A stretch of DNA of 64,000 bases from Oopsacas minuta (lineage: Eukaryota > Animalia > Porifera): the NCBI GenBank assembly GCA_024704765.1, contig JAKMXF010000099.1, positions 486,419 to 550,418 on the forward strand, in the 5' to 3' direction. Positions 26,974 to 40,819 of the stretch are shown piece by piece. How positions within the stretch are numbered: position 1 is the stretch's first letter; every line of letters starts with the position of its first letter. The notes beneath the pieces are model-generated. The model made no database searches and was not told the origin of the DNA. It saw only the letters and a program-made list of their open reading frames with translations. The position numbers were made by a program, and so were the translations under genes.

Positions 26974-29361
26974 TTATATGCTCCATCCTGGATTTCTATT
27001 TATTCATTATACATTTACTGACGGACCAAATAACTTTGGTATGCTTAAACACCTTACATATTTCAGTCCCACTGTACTGGAGGTAGTGAAGAAATTATTT
27101 CAATAAATGCTTTCTTTTCACATCCAGAACATGTTTTGCTATCTTTGTTCTGCGATTTTGAACCTAGGATACAAATTCAAGCTGCGAAACGTTTATTGGA
27201 TTTGCCAGATAACCATCTTAGTTTGGAAGTGGGTGGTAAGGATGATTTGTCAAGGGTTGATATTTGTGGAAAACTTAGTAGCATCAATGAAACAGTAATG
27301 CCAAAATATATTATACCTTTCAGGGTCCCCAAATCAAACTTCAAAGCACAACTATATACCGAATTGTTTACCTGGGATATCAATGTCATCAGTGAGCCAC
27401 CCTTAATGCGGAGTATGACTGAAAACGAATTAGAAGATATTTACGATACCCCCCTCTTTCCATACCTAATTTTATGTGTCGCAACCAACCGGTGGAACGA
27501 GCAGTGAAAGTTGTGTTCGAGGCATCTAAGAGTGTTTGTGGTGAAGAAAACCGTTATGGAGTTATCCGTCAGAGACTAAAATCAAGAAGACTTATGGCCT
27601 ATACTGATTCGAAGCAAGATTTTGTTTTCATTTTTCTTAAGTCCCGAAAGCCAATCCTTAAATATAGTTTGATTTGTATTTGAAGTTTTATTTTTTAATG
27701 AATTATACAACGAATTATTTGAAAAGTTTCTAACTACAGTAGAACCTTTCGAAGCGAGGAAATTGGTTACCAAGATTTCATCTTCCCAATCTCCGCTTTG
27801 AGATGACGACTTGATTGCATGAAAATTAGTGTAGTTGGAACCTATTTTACGTCCCGAATCTGAAGGATCCAAACATTTTTGAAAATTTCAGCTCATTTGT
27901 AATAGTTCTTGCTTACCAGTTATTTGCTTTAAACAGTTTATGTGATTAATGCAATCCCTCCCAAACTATACATATATTGTAATTTAGTTTATTTTGAATT
28001 CGTGGTGAATTCAATTAATAAAATTAGCATAATGGATTCCTGTATCATATTTGAGTCAATTTCCTTATAAGTATGAGTAAGCACTATTAAGACAGGTACA
28101 AAATGAATAAATTGCTAAGGAAGGGGTATTTCAAATCAGCTCAAAATTTGCAGAATTATTAACTAACATAATCCCAACAATAATATTATTGTTCCAGTAT
28201 AGAAATGAGATCTTTACATTTTTCAGTTCGCCCTATTCCGCATAATGTTAAGAAATTGTATTTTGGCACCTCGCTGCGGGTCTAGAAAGTAATTAAGCAT
28301 TTAAACTTGTACACATTGTGAATATTTATAATGACTATTATAACACTTTAGTTCAATAATAGATGCTACACTTTGAACATAAAGGTAATTTCATATCATC
28401 ACTTTTAGGTGGGCAGATCCACTTGGCCGGAAAATAAATGGAGATATAAAACATTTTAGCTAAATTAGTATGCAACATGTTGTTAAGTTCGAACATAACT
28501 TCTTAGTGAATACAGCAAATATTTTTGTCATATAGATTTTAATCTTGGAAATTTTTTCCAGAATTTAAATGATTAAAACAGAAGCAAAGAAATTGCATAA
28601 AATCTTTCCTGATACCGACCTTTGTTGCATGCCCAAATGATTGTCGTTAGATCCAAGTTTACTTTATTGCATAAAATTATATCCTTCTTTGACTACGGAC
28701 ATCAGACATTCAGACACACAAATATACAAGCTGAAAAGCTTTAGCCCTTCTGAGACTTAGTTTCATATACATCTATGCAGGCACGGGCATCGCCAAAGCT
28801 CTACTACGCCATTGTATATAAAAGTTACATTCGTTTTTCTAACCGTTTCTTTTCATATGTGAGCATTGTCAGAATAAACAGATAGTTATAATTCCCTGAT
28901 CTATAAATCAACGTTTTCTACTATACCAATAAGGGAATATTATCGCATGCGTGAACCTTTCTTGGCTGAGAAACTATTAAAGCTCAGAAATAATTTATTA
29001 TACTAAGCCTATTCGCGGATAATATTTTGTATCTTTTTTCGTTACTCGCGACACTCTCCTCGACTATTCACGATTTCGTCACACATATGACACATCGGCA
29101 GTAAAGAGAAGTTTTCACATATCTTATTAAATACTCAGTATATTTGATAACTACATCAAGTATATTGAGCTTGTATCTTCCCCAAAAATGTATGACATAT
29201 CCTCCAAACATCTTAGCTCAATCAATATTCTGTTTTGATATATGGTAAGTAAAATGTTTTGACTCAAAAAGTAATATTTGTCAGTTTTTGCATTCCCAAG
29301 TATTAAATTCGTGATTCTCTGCTGGATTAGAGAATCAATCATGTAGTTGAACTTATAAATA

Positions 29362-29990
29362 CTAGCGCGCTTCGCCTGCTAGGTCGCTGCGTGACAGCTT
29401 AATGCTCCAGGTTAGCTTATTTATTAATTAAACAGCAAAATTTTGGAGTGTTATTGGTCGCTACGCGACAGAATATTTTCGGCACTACCTGCCTCGAATT
29501 CACAGAATAGTTAAAATATTGAGATTTGATGATCCATGGTCGATCCAAATTACATTGAATGGCCTTCTGTGGTGACGCAGGAGACGCTCTGTCGCTTTTG
29601 GTTAGTAATCACGCAACTTTGTACTTCGTGTATTAAGAAATTCTGAAATTTTCTTTGAAACAGTCATGATGACGTAATAATCCCATGAAGAGTTAACTTT
29701 GGTGAGAATCATGACGTCAGGACATTTGGCATATTGACGGGAATTTGTGATGTAATTTCAAACTTCTATAATGTATACTCGTTGAGCAGTGGTTAATAAT
29801 ATGATTTCAAATTCTAAAAACGGTGACAATGACGTCATGATTTCGTCATAGGTTTGAATTTTCGTCCAAGACTCGAACTCCTCCGAGCCAGGCCCAAAAT
29901 ACCCCCCTGCATGCCAAAAGTCAGCCTTGGGGTCTTTCATTTCAATTAATTCTGGACATGCAAACATGAATATACACTAACCGAACATAA
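29362..29990 (-). mobile_element. Helitron-like non-autonomous repeat (family also at ~36750-36792 + 39366-39460, ~43790-44000, ~62900-63470)
   Basis: Minus-strand 3' end GCGACCTAGCAGGCGAAGCGCG-CTAG|T; shared block CCAAGACTCGAAC...GCCCAAAA.ACCCC...CCTTGGGG...TCAAT.AATTCTGGA followed by a microsatellite in all copies; the copy ending ~39455 starts TCTACTAT on the minus strand. Confidence 0.55.
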
Positions 29991-30238
29991 CTTTATCCAC
30001 CCATCTAAATTACATATCCTGCCTAACGGCGAATATCTGGAGATCCATACAATAATACAACTGAAAGACCTATATAATTGTGTTAGTTAACATTATCCTG
30101 AGTCTATCCATTAAAATTAGATATTTTAAAACCACACTTTGCTCATTAAATAGATAATTAGCTGATTACATATTCAATTCATTATTGCACAAAGCTCAAA
30201 TATGATGGAACAATTCTGATAGCATATTGAAATACTAC

Positions 30239-30560
30239 AGGTCTGTGTTACCCCTGTATGAATATTTCAAAGGTTTACATCAAAGTTGATTTGCATTTTC
30301 ATATTCTGCTACAAGGAGCACATGTGGCACATATTAAATAACGTTTGTGAATTATAATGTTGCAATAATCGATGTATTTCTAACTATACAAAGTCAGTTT
30401 AGATAATCTCAGATAATTTTCATACTGTATTCCATTATGACGTCAATATTCTAGTGATCTGCCACTTCTGCCACATGTTGTAAGAATATTTAGATGCTAA
30501 TTCGTCAGAGAAGTATACTGTACGCATTTCGAAAAATACAAAATGGGGTTACACAGACCC
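30239..30560. mobile_element. ~320-bp MITE-like element
   Basis: TIR GGTCTGTGTTACCCC / GGGGTTACACAGACCC; non-coding interior; no clear TSD. Confidence 0.55.
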
Positions 30561-33029
30561 GTGGAATTCAAATATGCCCTCATTTGAGGTTGTGCAATTA
30601 TTAATTGAATATTTTATTTGTTCATTACCTATTTATTGAGCATAGTGTGGCTATAAAATATCTAGTTTTGAATTTCAGGGATTTTGTCAGGATAATCTTA
30701 ACTAAAACAGTCATATGGTATTTTCAGGTATATTATCGTATGGATATTAAAAATTCGCCGTATAGCCAGGATATGTCATTGTGGAGTTTGTTGGTTTGAA
30801 ATACTTATGCTCGGTTAGTGTATATTTATACAGATTAATTTCCTTTAATATTATTGATAATTATTCTTTTGCAAACTTGTAAGTTGTAATACACTACATA
30901 AGGAAGCCTTCACGTAGATATATATTCCAAGGTAATTGAACTTCTGGTGCCAAATCGGCACAATATTTCACAGTCTCTTGCAAAAGAAAATTATGGCAAG
31001 TCTAGTTCTTAATTCAGTAATGTCCCTATATCCAGGAATACGGCCAGTGACTGTAGTCTAATAAGGCCAATCTCCACCCTTCATCACATCCACTGAATTG
31101 ATTATTTTTGTTCACAATACCTCTAGCTCAACTGTTGGTGAGGAGGTCATATCAGAGGGGTGACTATTTGGAGGATTTTTACCGTATTCTCAGTATCTAT
31201 CGTCTCCGTCCGATATTTTGTTGGCGCATTCAAATCATGACATCAAAATCACATGTATTTCGTTGAAATATTTTCCTCTACTCAGTCATATTGTATAAAT
31301 ATTCAGGAAGTGTTTATTAGAATCGAATTCTTTTCAAATCTTTATATCATTTTTTGAAAATTCATAATTCTCTTTTTGAAAAATATGTTATTTTAATGTG
31401 AATTGTATAATGGTTATTCTCAAGGGCATCAAATTTATTTTGAATTTTGGATCATACTATTGAGATATTCTATTTGAGCTAAAATACAGTAGATAATGCA
31501 TTTAGTGATGATGAATATAGTGATATTATTATTGCTTCGGAGTAGCACAGTCAATTTACATACAATTTTGATTGGATATAGTGAGAATACTAGCCTTGTC
31601 AAAGGATATTTGTCCAGTATATTTGATTCAAACGAAAATTTTCAATACAATGAGCTAATTTATGAGTAATTCACTCAAGTAACGAACATAGCATCTATAG
31701 ATACTTTGCAGGGATCTATTTGGTCGATTTGATATATTCTATTTTTATGTCTCGCATATCATGCTACTGCAGATTGTGATATATGAACATTGGCGAAATT
31801 TGAATTACATCCTTATTATGGGAGTGAAGTTAGCTAATGTGGCGCATAGCCAATGTGGGGTGCACCACATTAGCTAAATTCACTCCTATGATATGGATAT
31901 AGTGATAATTTGGCCGAAAGTTTTGGGGCTCGACATTATCACTATATCCATTATCTACTGTAGATTGTTCATATTTAGGGATTATCTCTGTATAGTTCCC
32001 CTATTCCTGCAATGGGACGGAAATTTTCCTACAAGAAATTTTAAATTTGTTTTTTCTTTGCATTTGATCTTCACAGTTTATTGTGCCTTGACGGTTCTCA
32101 ATAATTTGTTATGACATTTCTGTCGATGGTAATTATTTGCCAAATTTTTATCCATTTGTACAATATTAGAGTAATCCGGTCTAGAAATATTCCCTCTCTA
32201 ATTTTCTATCGACTTTTCTTGTCTAGAGGGAGGTAATTCTCCAGCCGAAAGGTTGTCAGTATAATATTCACAAATATAGTGATGAAAAGATTTCCACGAG
32301 GCAATACTAGATATTTCTAGTTCTCTCTTCAATATTTAGAAAATTGTTTATGATGACCTGAGAAGTCAAAAATAAATGCCTGAAAACCGTTATGAAACAA
32401 TATTATGTAATATGCAAGGCCAAATCTGCACAATAAAGAAAAATTTGAAATTTCTTTAAGAAAATTTCCGTTCCTTTCCGTGAATTAGGTAAGCTCAATA
32501 AATTGTATTTTATAATATTGAAAAGAATATTTGTGTCTAAATGGCAAGTACTTCCTGCTTCGAAATGCTTCTGCCGCTACTGTTACTTCATTATCATACC
32601 GTATGTCGGATGTTTACTTGTATCTCAATGAAGAACCAGTTAGTCTGCCTCACATTCCTATTGAATTTTCTTAATCTTTTTAGGCTTCTTCAAGTTTTGC
32701 CCCTTGTGTAGCTGGTTTGTTGTATTGTAGGGAAGATTCCTTTGATTACTGCAATGGTTAGTTTGAAGTAACCGTTTTCATCTATCATTATTGTTTTTGT
32801 ACTTATATAATCTAATAGGTAGACCTCAGAGCTGTGCATGTTTATCATCATCAATTGTGCCATGTTAAGAGGTTATCCAGGGTTGGGTAAAGAGACGCGT
32901 GGGAACTAAGCCCAATGTGTCAGTAGGGCCACTTATCCCACTTCACTTTACCTTTACTGACTTATTCATGTAACAATTTATGTCTACTAATTTCGGATTT
33001 GGAACTTAAACTTAAACAGACTTCAAATG

Positions 33030-33191
33030 CAGTGGATATAGCTTATAAGAACACAAGTTATTAGAACATATCGAATATATAAACCATTCTACCCAGAACG
33101 GTCCTCATATAATCTTATATAATATACATACCGGTTGGAAGAACATATTTTTTGCTACTCTCCAGGGTGTTCTTATAAGTCATAACCACTG
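33030..33191. mobile_element. pogo/Tigger-type MITE
   Basis: TIR CAGTGGATATAGCTTATAAGAACAC / GTGTTCTTATAAGTCATAACCACTG; same TTATAAGAAC motif as 4717-5097. Confidence 0.7.
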
Positions 33192-34889
33192 TTATTTTCC
33201 TTTCAGGAATTGAATTAATTATATAGAACCTAAAATTCTTCCCTTTGGAGTGAAAGATCGTGACCGTTTTAGACCCAACCACAACTTGACAATTTTGAAA
33301 CTTTATTTTTTACGACCATTGTAATCATATAGGCTGCAGCCCGGTGTACTGAAGAATCGATTTAAAGACAGTATTTTATCTACCCACCTTCTCAGGGGGG
33401 CTAGCCACACTTGACCCTTAAACCTAGATCCGTCTTTTTTTTAAGGTATAGTGTGCTGAAAAGAAATATCTCAATACATGTGTTATCGTATATACGTATG
33501 AAAATCCTTGGGAGTAGCAGAATATGTTATTTAACTGTCGTAAATTCTAAAAGAGTTATCCGGACCTTTTCTAGAGGATAGATCTCCTATAACCGAAATG
33601 TTCTTATTACCTGTGAATATATGCGATAACCAGGGCAGGATTCAGACTGTGCGGTGCCCTATTCGATTAAGACTAATTATATACGCCACCGCGTCATTAG
33701 GATCTGAAATCTATCAAATCATGATATCGGTCAAATTACGGAACACAACAAATTTACAGGGTATATACATAATATTATTTAGATTGTTAATAGGTGATGA
33801 TTTGAATATTTCATCTCAAAAAAGGATTTTTTAGCATCAGTATTTTATTGGGTGTCAAAATATTCAGTATTTAGGAGTACCCAATTTCTACAGTGAGCAG
33901 TCTTTAATACAGTTTACACTATAGATTAATTTTGCGTTTTATCTTTGAAAACTCGAATTGTCTCGGAGCTATTAACAGACCCATTCGTCGAATTGGTAGC
34001 AAGGACAACACCACAAAACATCAACCACAAGATATCATAATACGATTTACTAAATGTTCTTGTTAGGACTTGAAAAGCTATATGCATATACTGACTAGCA
34101 AAAGCCACCAAAAAAATTTTCAGAAAGTTACTTTTGGAAAGATATACCCTATTTGAACCTATCTGTAGGGTCCTAGCCCATGGCCCGCTTGGACTATCCA
34201 TAATATACCCATGGGGATGCCTACTGTATTCACAAACTTAAAATGCTCGACGGACTCTACTCTATATAGGTTCACCAGTGTAATTGTCAAAGTATACAGA
34301 TTCCATTAGGCTAAATCTCATTAGATTGCATTTTGGTACGTCCATGGTGTCCAAATGGGGATTGTAGTGGAGTGGAGCAGCATATCTTGAGATTTCAAGC
34401 TTTTTCAAACAATAACCTGTAGCTGATACATTAATATTCCAAGTTATTCGAGCTATTTTTAGGATTCAACTTGACCAAGCTAGAATTCGGGCCTCAAAAT
34501 ATTTGATTTTGGAGTCATGTTCGGTAGTTGATAAAACACGATGCGTACAGTATCCCTAATCCTCAATTATCTTTGGAAAATGGCCCAAAAAACGAAGTAC
34601 CGAACTATGTTATTTTACCTCAGAATTAAATGGGAATATTTTGAATTCGATCCCAAGCGGATTTCAAAATCAATTGCATATCAAAATTTCACACATTTAT
34701 TCTACCGAAAATGCATTTCATCTCTGAATCGAGGCAGTTTTATGTTTAGAAAGTATTATCGGCTGATGAAAAGTCAATAACATTTGGTTCTATTAGTGAT
34801 TAAAGAATATTTATAGCTAATAGGGTTGTTGACTTATGAATTTAATAAAGAATGATAAGATAATGGAGAAAAACTATAATTGTAATCAT

Positions 34890-35700
34890 TTCTATTATTA
34901 TCCATGATGTATGAATACATTATTAGCATGTAAACGAAATTCTTTCGATTTTTCCGTTAGATTCTTATTGAGAATCTTCACATTTGATTCCTTTAACAAA
35001 AATACATGTTTTGACAAACCGATTTTCATGAGCTTTTTTTTCCTAACATGATTGATGTTAGGGACAACATGGATGCCGTTTTCCAAATAAGCCTGCATAT
35101 AGTTCAAGTAGATGTTTAGCGTTGTCCTCTAAGTTCATACCTGTTTCTCCATTAAAATAGGCATAATACTTAGAAGAAGAGACACCATGCCATAAGCTTT
35201 TCCCTGTTTAATACCTTTGCCAATCTCTACTTCCTATTTACATATGCGATATCATACCAGACTCTTCCTCGTTTTCTCTAAAGGTTTGGTACTTTAAATT
35301 CGATTTGGTAATGTACGAGGCGAAATGATTCTTATGGTGTGTGGCCTCTGCTACCATTATATCATCATTTACCTGCAGAGAATGTGTACATTTCCTCATC
35401 ACCTTACACTCAGCGCATGTCTGATTGTATCACACGCTTCAAAAGTGTACATATTGTCCATGTCTTAGTTATTTTTATTCATCTTTTGTGGAAAATGAAG
35501 CACTTAGACTAATCTGTAGGCTTCAAGGCAGATCTAGGGGCTCTTCCTGCTACAGTAGTACTTTTCTCATTCAACAATGGTTCGTGTTGGCTACTACTTG
35601 CTGTGACATATTGGATATTTTATTTACTAGTATATTTTGAACAACAGAACGAGTGCAACAATACATCACAACCAGGATTTCTTCCAGCTTTTATATGCAG
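34890..35700 (-). pseudogene. Probable N-terminal fragment of an Academ-type transposon protein
   Basis: Broken minus-strand reading LKPTD*SKCF...DIMVAEATHHKNHFASYITKSNLK...GKAYGM resembles the 'CFICQ...AAEAxYHxxCxxxY' region I associate with Academ N-termini. Confidence 0.45.
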
Positions 35701-36792
35701 CACGCCTAAATGAGTTCTCGGTTTCACTTGCGCACCTAGACTATTTGGATTTTCGAAGCATTAAACTTAAATTTTAAGCAAATCATACATCCATTACATA
35801 CTATATGCTTAATATTACATTCCAGAAGTGTCATACCAGTAGTATTAGGGCTCGATCTACATATCATTTATCAAGCTTCCTCTCTTTTATTATGAGCAAT
35901 TTACTTATAAATTATTTTACAATATCAGTGAATTTAACTGATTAATCTCATAAACAATAATACAATTCAATTGACTTTTATGATTGTTACCATTTGTAAT
36001 AATATAGATATTACTAAATAATATTGAATTTGAGACAATAGTAACAACAATGCTAACCTACTTACATCGCTATTTATATCAGCTAAGTTTGTATAGAATG
36101 TTCTCGAATAATACTAAACCATAATTACATTATTCGCCGAATTAGGCGTATAGAGCGCGCCTAACTCTCAAAATTTTCTTGTTACTAACTATACAAATTT
36201 TTTGTAAATACGCGCCTGTAGGTGCGGGTAGCGCTCCCGGATGAAAGCCTGAACACAGCTGCCTAACTGATCTATTTCGTCACATAGCCTGTATTCACTT
36301 CATCCTGGCGTATAGTTAGAGCATTAATAAGAATACCCACAGATGACTCCTTTGCATTCCTGAGATCTTCAGTAATTACATTCAACTGCCACATATTGAA
36401 CCTTTGAAATGAAGTCACTTAACTTCTCTTGGCATCAGGGAGGAGGGGAATTACAGATTCCGTGAATAACCTAATATCTTGATTATTCATCAAAAATAAA
36501 TAGATGATGGATGCAAAAATAACATTACTGAAGATAAAGAATACGAGTAACTACGTAGTTTATATTAATAATGTCTTCAGGCGCAATATTTCTGAAGTTT
36601 GGTGGGTATATTGATCATTTTCTAAAAAATATCAATTTTGATAAAAATAGAGGGATTGCTAATTTCTATGATTTCTTGCGGTTAATCAAGGCTAAACGCA
36701 TAATCCTTGATGTTTAGAGATTCGGAATATATAATACTTCCAATACTAGACTTGTCTAAGCCAGGCCCAAAATACCCCTTATATGCTAATAA

Positions 36793-39365
36793 CACTGATA
36801 TACAAAATTGTAAAAGTTTTTGATGATTAAATAAGAATAGCTGAAATTGAATAATTTGAAGGGACTGTTTATGAATGAGTTAAGTATATATTCACAACGG
36901 GTCTAGAATTTGTAATTTTCTGGTTGGAAGATTGCACCAATATGCGATTAAATATATGAAATTAAACATACATTTATGTTTATTACCTCTAAATCATACT
37001 AATATTAACTATCACTAGCGTGCTACGCGGATTCTAACACTTCGTGTCCGTACTCGGCCTTCGGCCCTCGCTTTGACGATTAGTTTGTGTGATATTCAGA
37101 ATCAGCGTACCCGATTACCCCACAATAACCATTGAAACCACGTTTCTAGGATAATTTTGGAATTTGTTTCTTTATGCTACTAAACAACAACAAATATTTA
37201 TCACATGTTACTAACAATATTATTTTTGGAATCAGTGCACCCGTTTGTATATTTTCCTGATTAACACCATAGATATATAGATACAAGCATTTTGCAAATA
37301 TGAATTCCACATTCCATTTCAGCTTCCTTAGCAACGGACAAACGGACAGACAGACAAACAAATAGACAACAATTGAGATTTAATAATATAGATTCAAATT
37401 TAATCGTCTAAAAATTGTCTTTTCCTGGACTTTCTTTTGTGTAGAACGTCAGGCTTGTTGCGTTTCAAACACCAACAATAGTCCGCCATCATACTGGAAT
37501 TTCATTTTCCTTGGTATCTGTGTTCAATGTCACTAATATCCTGATGAAAACGTTCGCTTTGTTCTTCGCTTAGTGCCCCAAGATTTTTTGGAAAATAATC
37601 CAGGTGTGAGTGAAGGAAATGGATTTTTATAGACATTCTTGCACCGAGCATTTTGTAATTCTCTATTAATCTCTCGACAATGTCAGCATAGTTGTCAACT
37701 TTGTGATTTCCAAGGAAACCTTCTACTACATCACGAAAACTCAGCCTAGCTTTCCTCTCTAGGCTATTCAATTTTTTAAGTAATTCATCATCTTTGAATA
37801 GCTCCCTTATTTGTGGTCCAACAAAGATGCCACCTTTAATCTTCGCATCAGAAATTGCAGGGAATTTTTCCACGAGGTACAAAAAACCTCCACTTTCCTT
37901 GGGCAATGCCTTCACAAAATTTTTCATTAAACCAAGCTTAATGTGAAGAGGTGGTAACAAGACATCATTAGAATCCACAAGTGGTTCTTGGATAACATTG
38001 TGACTACCAGGAACTAAATGGTCTCGATGCGGCCACACTTTCTGGACGTAATGTCGAGCGTCTGCACGGCTATCCCACAAACACAGGAAACATGGATATT
38101 TGGTGTAACCACCTTGTTGTCCGAGAAGTAATGATATGACCTTAAGATCTCCACAAATTAACCATCGATGCATGGTGTAATTTAGTGCATCTAGGAAGAC
38201 TTTCATGGTGTCGTAAGTCTCCTTAAGTTGAAAAGAATGTGCAACTGGAATACACGCAAGCTTGTTACCATTATGGAGTAACACTCCCTTTAAACTTCTT
38301 TTAGAGGAATCAATAAATAATCGCCATTCTTCACGATTATATTTCACTTCAAGCTTTTCTATCAGACCAGGAATATTTCCACAATATACAAATGATGGCT
38401 GTACGTGAAAAAATTTAAGGAAATCTTGTTCTCTAGTTCGATATTTCGAAATATTCGCCCCGGAAGTAGTAAATTCTTCTCTTTTAGACGTGAAGCAAGA
38501 ATTTCTGAAGACGATTTTGGTAAATTATGATCTCTTATTAGGTCATCATGATCATCTTGATCAAAAAGCTGAGGAGAATTATCATCTGGTGGGACTATGT
38601 TCTCGTCAGAATCTCCACTACTATCATTGTCACTGCTAATGTCCAATATTTCTGATGGAACTGGTACAGGTAGGTCCTCTGAATGTGGAACTGGCCTAAT
38701 GGCGGACGGTACGTCTGGGTACGCAATACTGGATTTATTCTTTTTTGTGATACCATCAATTTTCGTCATGCAGAAATAACAATCCGAAAGATGACACAAT
38801 GGTTCTCTCCATATCATTGGAACCGCAAATGGCATTTTCTTTCTCTTCCCAGCATACCACAAGCGTAAGTTCTCAACGCATGTCTTACAGGCATTGTGTG
38901 GAGCCCACGGCTTATCTTGATCCCCAAGATGGCATCCAAAGTATGCGAAATAACAGCGTTCTACAGCCTTTGTGATATTTTGCCGTTGGTCAGTTGTAGT
39001 ATACCTCCCACAAATATAACAAAACTTTTCAGGACAATTTTTACAAACCCGAGAAGCCATAAACAATAGAATGAACAAGATAAACTAAATGTCGAGTGGA
39101 ATCAAACAGATTATAACTACTATTAGAGGCAATTTACATCATATAAGCAATTGAAACCAAATAAATTGGATAAGGGTGATGTGTAGAATTGAAATTAGAA
39201 ATATTTTGACGATATAGTCAATTAAAAGACCGAAATAACTAAAATAGAAATTTCCTACTTTTAGTACCCTTGAGAATGAAAATAATACTTAATAATTCCC
39301 AATATATATCTACACTATACAAAAATAATAGGAAAGAAGATCATCAAAAATGTTGTATATCAGTG
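36793..39365 (-). mobile_element. Chapaev3 transposon, copy C (diverged subfamily)
   Basis: TIR CACTGATATACAA at both ends; 3-bp TSD TAA on both sides; ORFs 38362-39078 (FCYICG, WAPHNACKTC, PMIWREP, DCYFC) and 37502-38347 (LFIDSSKRSLK, ICGDLK, YPCFLCLWDSR, LPPLHIKLGLMKNFVKAL, HFLHSHLD, EQSERFHQD), joined by frameshifts. Confidence 0.88.
37015..37392 (-). mobile_element. Non-autonomous Helitron (DINE-1/Lep1-like architecture) inside Chapaev3 copy C
   Basis: Minus strand: A|TCTATATTATTAAAATC, then (GTCT/GTTT)n microsatellite, GC-rich 3' segment, CTAG|T; no TSD. A similar 5' end occurs at ~13735-13777. Confidence 0.8.
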
Positions 39366-39648
39366 TAATCAACCCTGGGGTCCTCCGGTTTCTTCAATCA
39401 ATTCTGGACATATATACATAATATATAAATATATATGTAGATTGATTTCGTTTTGATAGTAGAGAAACCAATTTCGCAATGTTTAAATGTAAAACAAAGG
39501 GAATGAAAGGGGAACAACGTCCGAAAAATACATGTTCGAAGCGAGATATTCTTGAAGGTTGATAAATTGGAAAAGCAATATAATATCAGATAGGATAATG
39601 CTATGTTTGCTTGGGAAAAGGTTGATCATAGCATTCTATAAACTAAGG

Positions 39649-39782
39649 CAGCGGTTCCAAAACCTATTCATCGTGGACCAATATAAAAATTTTCATACAT
39701 TATTTGGACCCAGACTGTAATATACCTTTGTTGTCGTTTGTGGACAACCAAGGGTCCATGGATCCCTATTTAGGTAATGCTG
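39649..39782. mobile_element. 134-bp hAT (Charlie-like) MITE
   Basis: Termini CAGCGGTTCCAAAA / TTTAGGTAATGCTG; 8-bp TSD AACTAAGG / GACTAAGG (7/8). Confidence 0.7.
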
Positions 39783-40819
39783 GACTAAGGCAATAATACT
39801 CATTGATGACCTTGATCCCAGGGAAATGTCAAGTCAGTTCTATGGAACTCTATTAGTTACGACAATATACAAATGGTACATTTTGGCCCGAATAAATGAA
39901 TTATTGATATTTTCAGATGCATATTAAGTAAATTCACAATAAATTTTAAACCCAAAAGGACACCGTATATTGCTTAGCAAATATTTCAAAGAAATGCATT
40001 AATTTAATAACTCTTTGATATAGTTGTCTCTACATGTATTGCCATTTTGTCTAAACGTGTTGCATCCGCACGAGAAGTATGACATTTAGTGGGAAATGTA
40101 CTTGCAGGATTATAGAGCAACCCGGATAATGTCATAAAACACTCATGTACGTGAGGTATGACATCAAACTGGATTTAACGTATTATTGGTGAACGTATAA
40201 TATCCTTTGAGGATAAATATCAAAATGAATTATTAAAGTATGGGAAGTTACGTATATAATAGATATAAGTCAGCAAGATGAATTGACCATCACATTAAAA
40301 GTTCTCGAGTTATCGGTGAATATTGACTAAAATGTGCCATCCTTGGTCACGGCTATAACTCTGGAACATGCGAACTTTAACATGACTATTCTCTGAGATT
40401 TTGCATAGAACATCTTTAGATCCCGTGTTATAAATAAACTTTAAGGTGGCCGTTTTACCACTCTTTGTCCATGTGATAACATAATCATCCGATTTAACCC
40501 GATTTTAATTCAAAATTTATAATTTATAACCCTCTGATTCGTCCTGATTTCTTTTAGTGTGCCTTGTGAGCCCTTTCCCCGAATTTTTCTATTTTATTCC
40601 GATTCTACTTGTTACAGATTCCAAAGCAAGAAATATTGATTTCTTTTGGCTCTCCTTCGTCTTAATCCATCAAGTCTTATGCAAACTGCTACTACAGTAC
40701 TAGAAAACCAGCTTGTTCCAAGCTGGACTAGTTTTAACTCTATTTGATTCCTAGATATTCCTGTCCTAGTAACATAGACTATTGTCCTGTGATACACGGG
40801 TTCCCTAAAATTTCAGCAC

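Larger units (their letters stand above)
18816..28235 (+). mobile_element. Outer hATm-type transposon (decayed), carrying two nested insertions
   Basis: Termini TAGGGTGAACTGAAAA (18816) / TTTTCAGTTCGCCCTA (28235); inner TIR 18840-18930 matches 28030-28110 inverted. Transposase begins at ATG 19079 (MAYAPKRT*VTQT|HPIFGSPAELPANQYPT), continues 22324-24028 (FDICSCKC, ADRYGVSNRATAAIA, FDGRHDKT, GCDGTNVN, CLLHTNELPLRHL, HSRW) and 26975-27630 (HPEHVLLS, EPPL, CRNQPVERAVK). TSD only 4/8 matching. Confidence 0.85.

Noticed and set aside
27582-27872. 96-aa minus-strand ORF
   Set aside because: Lies in the 3' non-coding part of the outer hATm; low complexity, no motif.
30900-31250. Possible host exon fragments (also ~32500-32780 and ~55000-55700)
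   Set aside because: Coding-like composition but stops in all frames and no identifiable domain or consistent splice structure.
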